A stretch of 64,000 nt of DNA, from assembly GCA_030684405.1 (NCBI GenBank), contig JAUXYA010000031.1, positions 5,483 to 69,482 of the forward strand. Reading direction: 5' to 3'. The translations under genes were made by a program, and so were the position numbers. A model generated the notes under the pieces. That model worked only from the letters and a program-made list of their open reading frames with translations, did not search any database and was not told the DNA's origin. This document shows positions 53,788-61,250 of this stretch, one piece after another; the first letter of the stretch is position 1, and every line of letters begins with the position of its first letter. This DNA comes from Burkholderiales bacterium (GTDB lineage Bacteria > Pseudomonadota > Gammaproteobacteria > Burkholderiales > SG8-41).

Positions 53788-55887
53788 CTAAAACTGCCCG
53801 CGCAGACCGAGCAGCGCGCTGCGCCGGCCGAGTGGCGCGACGTCCTTGAGGAAAGACACGTGGTTGCGTGCTTCCTCGTTGAGCAGGTTGATCCCGCGCA
53901 GGAAAGCTTCCAGACGCAGGCCATTCGCCGGCAGGCGGTAGGTCAGCGCGGCATTGAGCATCGTGTAACCGTCGGTAGGGCGCTCACCGGTGGCCACGCG
54001 GTCCTGGCCGTCATGCACAGTCGCATCGACGCGGGCACTGAGGCGGTCGCGGCGATACTCCACGCCGACGCCATAACGCCAGGGCGCGATGCGCGGCAAC
54101 GGCCGTCCGTTACTCCGGTCGTCGGCGCGCACATGACTTGCATGGAGCAGCAGATCCAGGGTGCCCCCGCGTTCGAACATGCGGAAGCGCGCCTCGCCCT
54201 CGATGCCGCGGAAACGCGCCGACACCGCACGATAGGCAAACTCCGGCAGGATTTCCTCGCCGGTGTTGAGCGACGTGCCGTCGCCGGCATCGGCCGGATT
54301 CAGTTCGCCGTCTGCACCGCGGGTGTTGCCGCTGTCGAACAGCCCGAGGTAATTGCTGAAACGGTTGTTGAACACGGTAATGCTGCCCGAGTGTTTCCCG
54401 GATTTCAGGCGCAGGGAAATGTCGATGGCCTTCGACTTCTCCTTGCCGAAAGTGCTGTTGCCCACTTCGTAAACGCCGGTGGCAGCATGCGGGCCGTTGG
54501 CGTAGAGCTCGTAATAGGTCGGTGCGCGCTCGGTGTAGCTGCCGTTCACGGCCAGCGCCAGACCCGGCATGAAGCCCCACACCGCACCCAGCGCGCCGCT
54601 GTTGCCGCTGAAATTGCGCGTCTGCGCAGCACCGAAACGCGGATCGACGGCGCCAAACGGTACGGCGCCGCCGCCTTCGCTGCCGACCTCGGTGCGTTCG
54701 TGGCGGCCGCCGAAAGTCAGCTTGAAGCTGCCGAGCGGCAATTCCTCGAAGAAAAACACCGACTTTGCGTTGGTACTGGTCCCCGGAACAAAGGCCTCGG
54801 CACCCAGCGCCGAAAAATCGAAATCCCTTAGCTGCAGGCCGATCGCGCCGCGCAACGGGCCTATTTCACCGTGCACCGCCTCGACATGCAGATCCTTGCC
54901 CTTGTTGCGGAAACGTGTCGCCGCAACACCCGCATCGAGCTCGGTATGTTCGTAATCGGTGTGGCCCATCTTGAATTTCAGGGAACGGATCGCCTGTCCC
55001 AGTTCGCGCACTTCGCCGGCGAGGTCCCAACGGCTGCTCTGCATGTCGATGGTCACGTCGGGTTCAGCCACAGTGCCATACCTGGTGTTGAATCCGGAAC
55101 GCGAGATGCCGACATAACCCTGGGCCCAGGTATGCGACAGGCCGATGGCGCCACCGTCGGATCGCGACGCGCTGTTGGGCAAAACGCCCTCCGCTTCGAC
55201 CGGCTGGGGATCAGCGGCACGCAAGCGCGCCGATCGCGCGAAACCCTTGATGCGCAGGTCATCGGTGTCGCGGGTATGGACATCGGCGTGCAGGGCAAGG
55301 CTGCCGTTGCCGGCCTCGAACACGATACCCGTTGCCTTCTCGCGCGCAGCGCCGCCGAAGCGCGTCTCGACACGGCCTGTGACGCCACGGATCGCGGCCT
55401 GGGGAATGCGGTTGTCGATGACGTTGACTACGCCGCCAACGGCATTGCCCCCATAAAACAGGGCTGCAGGCCCACGCACTACCTCGGCTCGCTCGACGAC
55501 CAGTGGGTCGACGGCGACGGCGTGGTCGAAACTGAGCGACGAGGCATCCAGTGTGCCCGCGCCGTTCTGCAGTATGCGGATGCGGTCGCCATCGAGGCCG
55601 CGGATGACCGGACGGCTGGCATTGGGACCGAAGCCGGTGGCCGCGACGCCGGGCAAGCCGTCGAGGGTGTCGCCCAGCGTGTTGCCACGCCGCTGGAACA
55701 ATTCGTCACCCTGCAGCAGGGATGCCGGGGAAGCGAGTTCAAACAGGTCACTGCCCAGCGGGTTGCCGGTGACCACAACTTCGGGCAGCGTCGTCGCCGG
55801 TGGGGCGACTTGCGCATGTACGGTTGCTGCATGCACAGCAACCGCCATCGCGGCCAGCGCAAAAGACTGGCGTTTCAATTTCAACAT
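53788..55887 (-). CDS. TonB-dependent outer-membrane receptor, ZnuD/OprC-like metal receptor (metal not assignable)
   Basis: Starts at the internal ATG with signal peptide MLKLKRQSFALAAMAVAVHAATVHA. Plug motifs (IRGLDGDRIRILQNG, SFDHAV, VVRGPAALFYG). HTDYEHTE loop. Terminal RGQF. Confidence 0.9.
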   Translation of the reverse strand: MLKLKRQSFALAAMAVAVHAATVHAQVAPPATTLPEVVVTGNPLGSDLFELASPASLLQGDELFQRRGNTLGDTLDGLPGVAATGFGPNASRPVIRGLDGDRIRILQNGAGTLDASSLSFDHAVAVDPLVVERAEVVRGPAALFYGGNAVGGVVNVIDNRIPQAAIRGVTGRVETRFGGAAREKATGIVFEAGNGSLALHADVHTRDTDDLRIKGFARSARLRAADPQPVEAEGVLPNSASRSDGGAIGLSHTWAQGYVGISRSGFNTRYGTVAEPDVTIDMQSSRWDLAGEVRELGQAIRSLKFKMGHTDYEHTELDAGVAATRFRNKGKDLHVEAVHGEIGPLRGAIGLQLRDFDFSALGAEAFVPGTSTNAKSVFFFEELPLGSFKLTFGGRHERTEVGSEGGGAVPFGAVDPRFGAAQTRNFSGNSGALGAVWGFMPGLALAVNGSYTERAPTYYELYANGPHAATGVYEVGNSTFGKEKSKAIDISLRLKSGKHSGSITVFNNRFSNYLGLFDSGNTRGADGELNPADAGDGTSLNTGEEILPEFAYRAVSARFRGIEGEARFRMFERGGTLDLLLHASHVRADDRSNGRPLPRIAPWRYGVGVEYRRDRLSARVDATVHDGQDRVATGERPTDGYTMLNAALTYRLPANGLRLEAFLRGINLLNEEARNHVSFLKDVAPLGRRSALLGLRGQF

Positions 55888-55981
55888 GATGTTCTCCAAT
55901 AGACGTGACAGGCCGAGCGCAGCCTCAAGGGCGCGCTTGATCCGGAAAAAAAGGTATGACCGGCGGTAGCCGGGAATGCGT

Positions 55982-56362
55982 CTAGGAGAGTGCGGGTGGC
56001 GCGCGGGAATCGTAAGGAACCGTGGAGGTTCCTGCTGTTGCGACACTGCCCGCAGCAATCAGTACCGCGCCGGCAGCGTCAGTAGCGACGCTGCGGTAAC
56101 CACCGGGGGCGCCGCCGAGGACTTCGCTGTAAAGAAGGTCGAATCCGCAGTCTGCTGACCACTCGCCGAAGGGGGGCTCATGGTCATGCTCATGGGCATG
56201 ACCATGAGCATGCGCGGCATGCGCCTCCGCTACGCCATGATGGGCAACATGCAGCAGCGCATGAGTCAGCGCGCCATGCTGGGCAAACAGCAGCAGCGCG
56301 ATCAGCGCCGCATGCAGCAGGCGCGGCGGGCGCGGCGGGCGCCGCAGCCAGGCATTGCTCAC
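55982..56362 (-). CDS. His-rich small protein, DUF2946-like
   Basis: 126 aa with an N-terminal hydrophobic segment, then HVAHHGVAEAHAAHAHGHAHEHDHE and a single Cys. Confidence 0.5.
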   Translation of the reverse strand: MSNAWLRRPPRPPRLLHAALIALLLFAQHGALTHALLHVAHHGVAEAHAAHAHGHAHEHDHEPPFGEWSADCGFDLLYSEVLGGAPGGYRSVATDAAGAVLIAAGSVATAGTSTVPYDSRAPPALS

Positions 56363-56365
56363 TGC

Positions 56366-56875
56366 TTACCTGCCAACGGCTGCGGCATCGGTCAGCCGGT
56401 AATAGAGCCCCATCTCGTCATTGCGCAGCAGCGTGAGGCGCCCGGAGATGACGATCGGCTCGAAACCGTATTTCACCGGCGTCTTGGCCCGTACCTCGAC
56501 CACCTGCTCGGGGCCGCCGGGCATGCAGAAGGCGCAAGTCGGCGGCAGGGCCACCAGCAGAAAACGTTTCTGCCGATCACCCATTTCCAGCGGCATCATG
56601 AAACCCTGCAGCTTCACTTCCTGGCGATCAAGCGCAGCCACGCTCTTGCCGAAGTCGGGAATGAAGCGGTCCTTCTGCTTCAGTGTCTTCACGTCGGCCA
56701 GCGTCTTCCACGACACCACGCCCTTGATCTCGGGCAGCGGCTTCGCCGCATAAGGCGAAGGCGGCAGGTTGGCGTCAGGATCGCGCTTCATCAACTCGCC
56801 GGAACCCGGCTGAAAACCCTGGGCAGCCGCCGGAATGGCCGCTGCCAACATCATCGCAATCATCCAGGTTTTCAT
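56366..56875 (-). CDS. DUF3299-like periplasmic protein
   Basis: 169 aa with a signal peptide and ...VKLQGFMMPLEMGDRQKRFLLVALPPTCAFCMPGGPEQVVEV... as recalled for DUF3299 partners of MacB-type ABC systems. Confidence 0.7.
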   Translation of the reverse strand: MKTWMIAMMLAAAIPAAAQGFQPGSGELMKRDPDANLPPSPYAAKPLPEIKGVVSWKTLADVKTLKQKDRFIPDFGKSVAALDRQEVKLQGFMMPLEMGDRQKRFLLVALPPTCAFCMPGGPEQVVEVRAKTPVKYGFEPIVISGRLTLLRNDEMGLYYRLTDAAAVGR

Positions 56876-56910
56876 AAAATTCCTTTATAATCAAGTACTT
56901 AAAAAATTAG
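56873..56910 (-). promoter_or_regulatory. AT-rich leader motif copy 2 (upstream of DUF3299 gene)
   Basis: Minus-strand reading: CTAATTTTTTAAGTACTTGATTATAAAGGAATTTTATG. The plus strand contains AATCAAGTACTTA, a perfect match to the IHF consensus WATCAANNNNTTR. Confidence 0.4.
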
Positions 56911-57183
56911 TCAGTGGCGATGCTTCATGCCGCAGTATTTCCCGATCGCCAGTCCTTTGCAATCCTTGGCGAGCTGGGCGTGGCACTCCTTCTCCGACTT
57001 CCCGCCTTCCAGGCATTTCGCCGCGTTGAGGTGGGCCTCGGCCATCGCGCGGTGATCGGCAACGTCTTTCTTGATTTCCGCGGCGCTGTGCGGCTTATCG
57101 CCCTTCTGCTGTGCATGGACCGGCAGGCCTCCAAATATGATGAGGGCGGCGATAAGCGGTGCTGCGAACAATTTCAGCTTCAT
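56911..57183 (-). CDS. small periplasmic Cys/His-containing protein, unknown function
   Basis: 90 aa with AAGGAA SD and a signal peptide. The mature part has 4 Cys and several His (HRAMAEAH...KCLEGGKSEKECH...DCKG...YCGMKHRH). Confidence 0.5.
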   Translation of the reverse strand: MKLKLFAAPLIAALIIFGGLPVHAQQKGDKPHSAAEIKKDVADHRAMAEAHLNAAKCLEGGKSEKECHAQLAKDCKGLAIGKYCGMKHRH

Positions 57184-57231
57184 GTTCTTTCCTTTCGATG
57201 TAAAAAAACAGCATAAAAATTTCCAGTAACT

Positions 57232-58446
57232 TCAACCCCGGGCCAGCGTGCCGGCGATATCAGTGCGATAGGCGCGCCAGGCCGGCAGCAGCGCGGCCAA
57301 GATGCCGGTGGCCAGCGCCAGCGCGACGACCCAGAGTTCTTCCATCACCCAGGCAAACCCGGTGATCTCGATCTGCTGCGCCGCTTTCAGCACATGGCCC
57401 AGAACTTCCGCCATCGCATGACCGAGCACCAAGCCCAGCGCGGCACCGGCGGCCGCCAGCAACAGGCCCTCGAACAGCAGCAGCAGCAGCAACCGGCGCG
57501 GACTCGCGCCCAGCGTGCGCATCACCGCCAGGTCGTAACGCCGCTCGTTGAGCGCGTTGTAGAGCGCGATGAACACGCTCAGACCGGCGCTGAGGATCAG
57601 CACCAGCGCAAAGGCGCGCAGCACATCGACACCGACGCCGATCAGGCTGAACAGCCGTGCGGTCTCGTACGCCGGTGACGCCGCCTGCATGCCGGTGTTG
57701 TTGTTGATGTAACGCGGCAGGATGGCCACCGCCAGCGGAGAGGAATACTGCAGCAGCAGCGCAGTGAATTCCTTCTCGTCATCGCCGAGTTGCTGCTCGA
57801 TATTGGTCACGTCCTTGATGTCATGGTGCTCGGCATGCACCACCCATACGCTCTGGTAGGACGTCAGTACCAGACGGTCGAGTACGCTGCCGCTGCGTTC
57901 CAAAACGCCGACGACCCGATACGGATGATCTTCATGGGCATGCCCGCCACTGTCGCCGAGACCGTGCACGCCGTGGAATTCGGCGCCGACGCCGAAGCCG
58001 GTGCGCGCGGCGACTTCGGCGCCGAGCACCGCCTCCATCGGCGCCTGCCACATCCGGCCGGCGGCGATTTTTGCACCGTAGTGCGCCACATAATCCGGCG
58101 TCGTGCCAACGATGCGATAGCCGCGGTAACTGTCGCCGAGCGCCAGCGGAATGGCTTTTTTCACCATGCGGTGGCGCGAAATCTCCTGCGCTTCCTTCCA
58201 GGAGATGTTCCCGGTCGGCACATCGATGTGGTAGATCGCCGACAGGATGATCTGCATCGGACTGCCCTTGGCGCCGACGGCGAGGTCGATGCCGCGCGCG
58301 TCGCGCTGCATGCGCTCCTCGAGCTGGTGGGTCGTCAGCAGCAGCAACACGATGGTGCCGACACCCAGCGCCAGCAGCAGCACATTGAGCAGCGTCGCCA
58401 GCGGCCGCGCGCGCATGTACGAAAAACCGACGGTTGCGATATTCAT
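57232..58446 (-). CDS. ABC transporter permease, FtsX/MacB type
   Basis: 404 aa with 4 TM segments and a large periplasmic domain between TM1 and TM2. Confidence 0.85.
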   Translation of the reverse strand: MNIATVGFSYMRARPLATLLNVLLLALGVGTIVLLLLTTHQLEERMQRDARGIDLAVGAKGSPMQIILSAIYHIDVPTGNISWKEAQEISRHRMVKKAIPLALGDSYRGYRIVGTTPDYVAHYGAKIAAGRMWQAPMEAVLGAEVAARTGFGVGAEFHGVHGLGDSGGHAHEDHPYRVVGVLERSGSVLDRLVLTSYQSVWVVHAEHHDIKDVTNIEQQLGDDEKEFTALLLQYSSPLAVAILPRYINNNTGMQAASPAYETARLFSLIGVGVDVLRAFALVLILSAGLSVFIALYNALNERRYDLAVMRTLGASPRRLLLLLLFEGLLLAAAGAALGLVLGHAMAEVLGHVLKAAQQIEITGFAWVMEELWVVALALATGILAALLPAWRAYRTDIAGTLARG

Positions 58447-59081
58447 GCCCGCGCCCCCAGATCGTAATGCTGTGCGACACGCGACTTGATGCGCTGGTCA
58501 TGGGTGGCGATCAGCAGCGTCGCATTGCAGGCTGTGGCCTGCGCCTGCAGCAACTCCAGCGCCTGCAGGCAGCGCGCGTCGTCAAGGTTGGAGGTCGGCT
58601 CATCGGCGAGCAGCAGCTGCGGACGGTTGACCACCGCGCGTGCGATGGCGACACGCTGCGCCTGGCCGAAAGACAGTTCGTGCGGCTTCGCGCTGCCCTT
58701 GTCCGCAAGGTCGAGTCCGGCGAGCACCTCATCGACGCGCTGCCGGTCCTGCGGCAGTCCGGCGAGGTACTGCGCGAGCATCAGGTTGTGTGCGACGTCG
58801 AGGCTCGGGATCAGGTGCAGCCGCTGCAGCACGATGCCGATGTGTTGCCCGCGGAAGCGGTCCAGCAGCTGCGCGCCCAGCGCGCCGAGATCCTGTCCCG
58901 CCACGGTTACCGTGCCGGCCGCCGGCCGCAGGATGCCGGCCAGCGCATGCAGCAGCGTGGTCTTGCCGCTGCCCGAAGGCCCCAGCAGCAGCCAGTGCTC
59001 GCCTTGTGCGGCCTGCCAGGCATCGACGTGCAGCACTTCGGCCTCATCGTAGGCATGGCTTACGCCTTGCAATTCGAACAA
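58443..59081 (-). CDS. ABC transporter ATP-binding protein
   Basis: 212 aa: Walker A GPSGSGKTT, signature LSFGQAQRV, Walker B LLLADEPT. Confidence 0.9.
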   Translation of the reverse strand: MFELQGVSHAYDEAEVLHVDAWQAAQGEHWLLLGPSGSGKTTLLHALAGILRPAAGTVTVAGQDLGALGAQLLDRFRGQHIGIVLQRLHLIPSLDVAHNLMLAQYLAGLPQDRQRVDEVLAGLDLADKGSAKPHELSFGQAQRVAIARAVVNRPQLLLADEPTSNLDDARCLQALELLQAQATACNATLLIATHDQRIKSRVAQHYDLGARA

Positions 59082-59083
59082 AA

Positions 59084-59470
59084 CTATTCCTCCTCAATGC
59101 GAGTCCAGACCGGAAAGGGATCAGGATATGAACTCCAGGCAGCCGGGCCCTGTGCCATCTCGACTGTGTTCAGAAGGCAAGCCTCCAGAGACATTTCGAT
59201 GGCTTCCCGGTCCATGCCGATACCGATAAACACCAGCTCCTGCCGGCGATCGCCCCAGGTTTCGACCCACTTGGCATCGATTAGTTTGCGGTATTCCTCG
59301 TCCTGCGGCCAGTTTTCGCGTTCGACCGCCACCCACCACAGTCCCGCGGCTGCATGCCGGCAGACGCCGCCGGCCTGCGACCACGATGCGGCGATGTCCA
59401 TGCGCGAGGCCAGCCAGACGAACATGCCCTGGCCACGCCTCTCGATTCTCAGGTAGCTGATGGAATTCAA
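59084..59470 (-). CDS. stand-alone CobW C-terminal domain protein (COG0523 C-domain only)
   Basis: 128 aa. TTG start with a GGGAG SD, 8 nt after the ZIP stop. GMFVWLASR...WSQAGG...WWVAV...WPQDEE...WGDRRQELVFIGIGMD...LEACLL...PDPFPVW matches the C-terminal domain pattern of CobW/YeiR/ZigA-type GTPases. No G-domain is present. Confidence 0.65.
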   Translation of the reverse strand: MNSISYLRIERRGQGMFVWLASRMDIAASWSQAGGVCRHAAAGLWWVAVERENWPQDEEYRKLIDAKWVETWGDRRQELVFIGIGMDREAIEMSLEACLLNTVEMAQGPAAWSSYPDPFPVWTRIEEE

Positions 59471-59478
59471 TGGCTCCC

Positions 59479-60189
59479 TCAGTGTGAATGCAGGAACATA
59501 TGGGAAAGCAGGATGGTGCCGATACCCGCCGCGATGAACACGATCTGCAGCACGCTGCTGCGAATATCGCTGCGACGATGCATCTCCGGGATCAGATCGG
59601 CCACGGCGATGTAGATGAAACTTGCGGCGGCGAGCACCAGCACGTACGGCGTCGCCTCGCGCGCGTCATCCAGGGCAAAGTAGCCCAGCACACCGCCGGC
59701 AATCGACATCAGGCTGGAGGCAAAATTGAGCAGCAGCGCTTTCCGGCGGCTGTAGCCGGCGTTCAGCAGCACCATGAAATCACCCACTTCCTGCGGAATT
59801 TCGTGGGCGATGATGGCCAGTGTGGTCGCCACACCCAGAGCGGTGTCGGTCATGAACGCGGCAGCGATCAGGATGCCGTCGACGAAATTATGGAAACCGT
59901 CACCGATGACGATCAGCATTCCGGTCCGGCTGTTGTGGCCAGTGCTCTCGCCAACGTGATCATGGCCGTGGCGCCACAGCGCCGCCTTCTCCAGCAGGAA
60001 AAATCCTAGCAGTCCGGCGAGCGTTACCGCGAACAAACCTTCGATGCTGTCAGCCTGGGAAAACGCCTCCGGCAGCAGGTGCAGGAAGGCGGCGGCGAGC
60101 AGGACACCCGCGGCGTAACTCACCATCGGCGCGAGCCAGCGCGAGAGCAACGCAAACGACAGCAACCCGGCAGCCAGCAGGCTCAGCAC
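59479..60189 (-). CDS. ZIP-family divalent metal transporter
   Basis: HEIPQEVGDF and HNFVDG motifs. The first canonical start is GTG 60189, but conserved-looking TM1 residues continue in frame upstream to the stop at 60250-60252. Confidence 0.85.
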   Translation of the reverse strand: MLSLLAAGLLSFALLSRWLAPMVSYAAGVLLAAAFLHLLPEAFSQADSIEGLFAVTLAGLLGFFLLEKAALWRHGHDHVGESTGHNSRTGMLIVIGDGFHNFVDGILIAAAFMTDTALGVATTLAIIAHEIPQEVGDFMVLLNAGYSRRKALLLNFASSLMSIAGGVLGYFALDDAREATPYVLVLAAASFIYIAVADLIPEMHRRSDIRSSVLQIVFIAAGIGTILLSHMFLHSH

Positions 60190-60252
60190 ACCACCGGCCA
60201 GCGTCGCAGCGAGAATCCAGTAAAAAACGGTATCGATGACGATCTCCCGTTA

Positions 60253-60269
60253 TTGCAATTGAGTTGCGT
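60253..60269. promoter_or_regulatory. candidate operator TTGCAAT-TGA-GTTGCGT upstream of the ZIP gene
   Basis: 7-3-7 inverted repeat abutting the SD region of the ZIP gene. The same architecture occurs twice in the zur-yidD intergenic region. Confidence 0.4.
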
Positions 60270-60301
60270 TTCTGGGCAAAAAAAACGGAATGGCTGATTG
60301 C

Positions 60302-60835
60302 TCAGTGCGGATGCAGGTGCGCTCCGGCCTTCCTGCGAACGGGTCCGCATTCGGCACACAGCCCCTTCACTGTCAGCTCGACTCGCTGCTGGCGATAACC
60401 GACGGGTAATTTCACGGCAGGGCCGCTTGTAACCGGATCCAGGCACAACACGTGCCCACAGTCACTGCACTGGAAATGCGCGTGCGGTCCGCGATGCGCG
60501 TGCTCCGCAGCGTTGAAACGCCAGACGCGATCATCTCCGGCAATCTTGTGGGCCAGACCCCGCTCGGTGAGCCACTCCAGCACACGGTAAATAGTCACAC
60601 GGTTAACCCCGAGTGATGCCGGTAGCCGCGACTCGACCTCTGTATGCGTGAGCGCGCGCTCCGCCGCGAACAATACGGTAAGCACTGCGATGCGCGGACG
60701 CGTCGTCCGCGCCCCGGTGCGGCGTATGGATTCTTCGGCGATGTCAGAAGCGTGGGTTTTCACGGCAGTATTCGTGTGGATTGCCGGATTAAAGCACAGG
60801 CCTACGCGGATCAAACAACCAGATGAATTATTCAT
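60302..60835 (-). CDS. zur: Fur-family regulator, Zur-like
   Basis: Winged-helix region (RPRIAVLTVLF...LTHTEV...VTIYRVLEWL) and two Cys pairs (CSDCGHVLC, CAEC). Neighbours are zinc-type genes. Confidence 0.8.
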   Translation of the reverse strand: MNNSSGCLIRVGLCFNPAIHTNTAVKTHASDIAEESIRRTGARTTRPRIAVLTVLFAAERALTHTEVESRLPASLGVNRVTIYRVLEWLTERGLAHKIAGDDRVWRFNAAEHAHRGPHAHFQCSDCGHVLCLDPVTSGPAVKLPVGYRQQRVELTVKGLCAECGPVRRKAGAHLHPH

Positions 60836-60923
60836 TTAAAACAATTATTTATATTCAGACTTTGTTTGCATACCCACGCCTGCCCCACATCGGGGGGAGC
60901 AGTGTTTCAGTGCAACCGCATTA

Positions 60924-60979
60924 TTGCAACAAAGTTGCGATCATAGGCGTCCCTTTTGGTTTTCGCAACCTTGTTGCAA
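60924..60979. promoter_or_regulatory. two candidate operators: TTGCAAC-AAA-GTTGCGA (60924-60940) and TCGCAAC-CTT-GTTGCAA (60963-60979)
   Basis: Same 7-3-7 palindrome as at 60253. An extra TGCAAC half-site lies at 60911-60916. Located between the divergent zur and yidD. Confidence 0.4.
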
Positions 60980-61015
60980 TCAGGAGGCTGTTGCTACGCC
61001 TATATACTCCCGCCG

Positions 61016-61243
61016 ATGAAACGCCTGCTGATCCTGCTGATCGACGCCTACCGCCTGCTGCTATCGCCCTTCTTCGGCACGCAGTGCCGCTTCTGGCCGA
61101 CCTGCTCGGCTTATGCGCGGGAAGCCATCGACACGCACGGGGCGATCAAGGGAGCCTGGCTGACGGTCAAGCGACTGGGGAAGTGCCATCCCTGGCATGA
61201 GGGCGGGATTGATAACGTGCCGCCGGCGCGGCGAGAAAATTAA
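61016..61243 (+). CDS. yidD: membrane protein insertion efficiency factor YidD
   Basis: 75 aa from the internal ATG: LLSPFFGTQCRFWPTCSAYAREAI..HG..KG..L...R..KCHPWH. Confidence 0.85.
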   Translation: MKRLLILLIDAYRLLLSPFFGTQCRFWPTCSAYAREAIDTHGAIKGAWLTVKRLGKCHPWHEGGIDNVPPARREN

Positions 61244-61250
61244 TCCTTTA

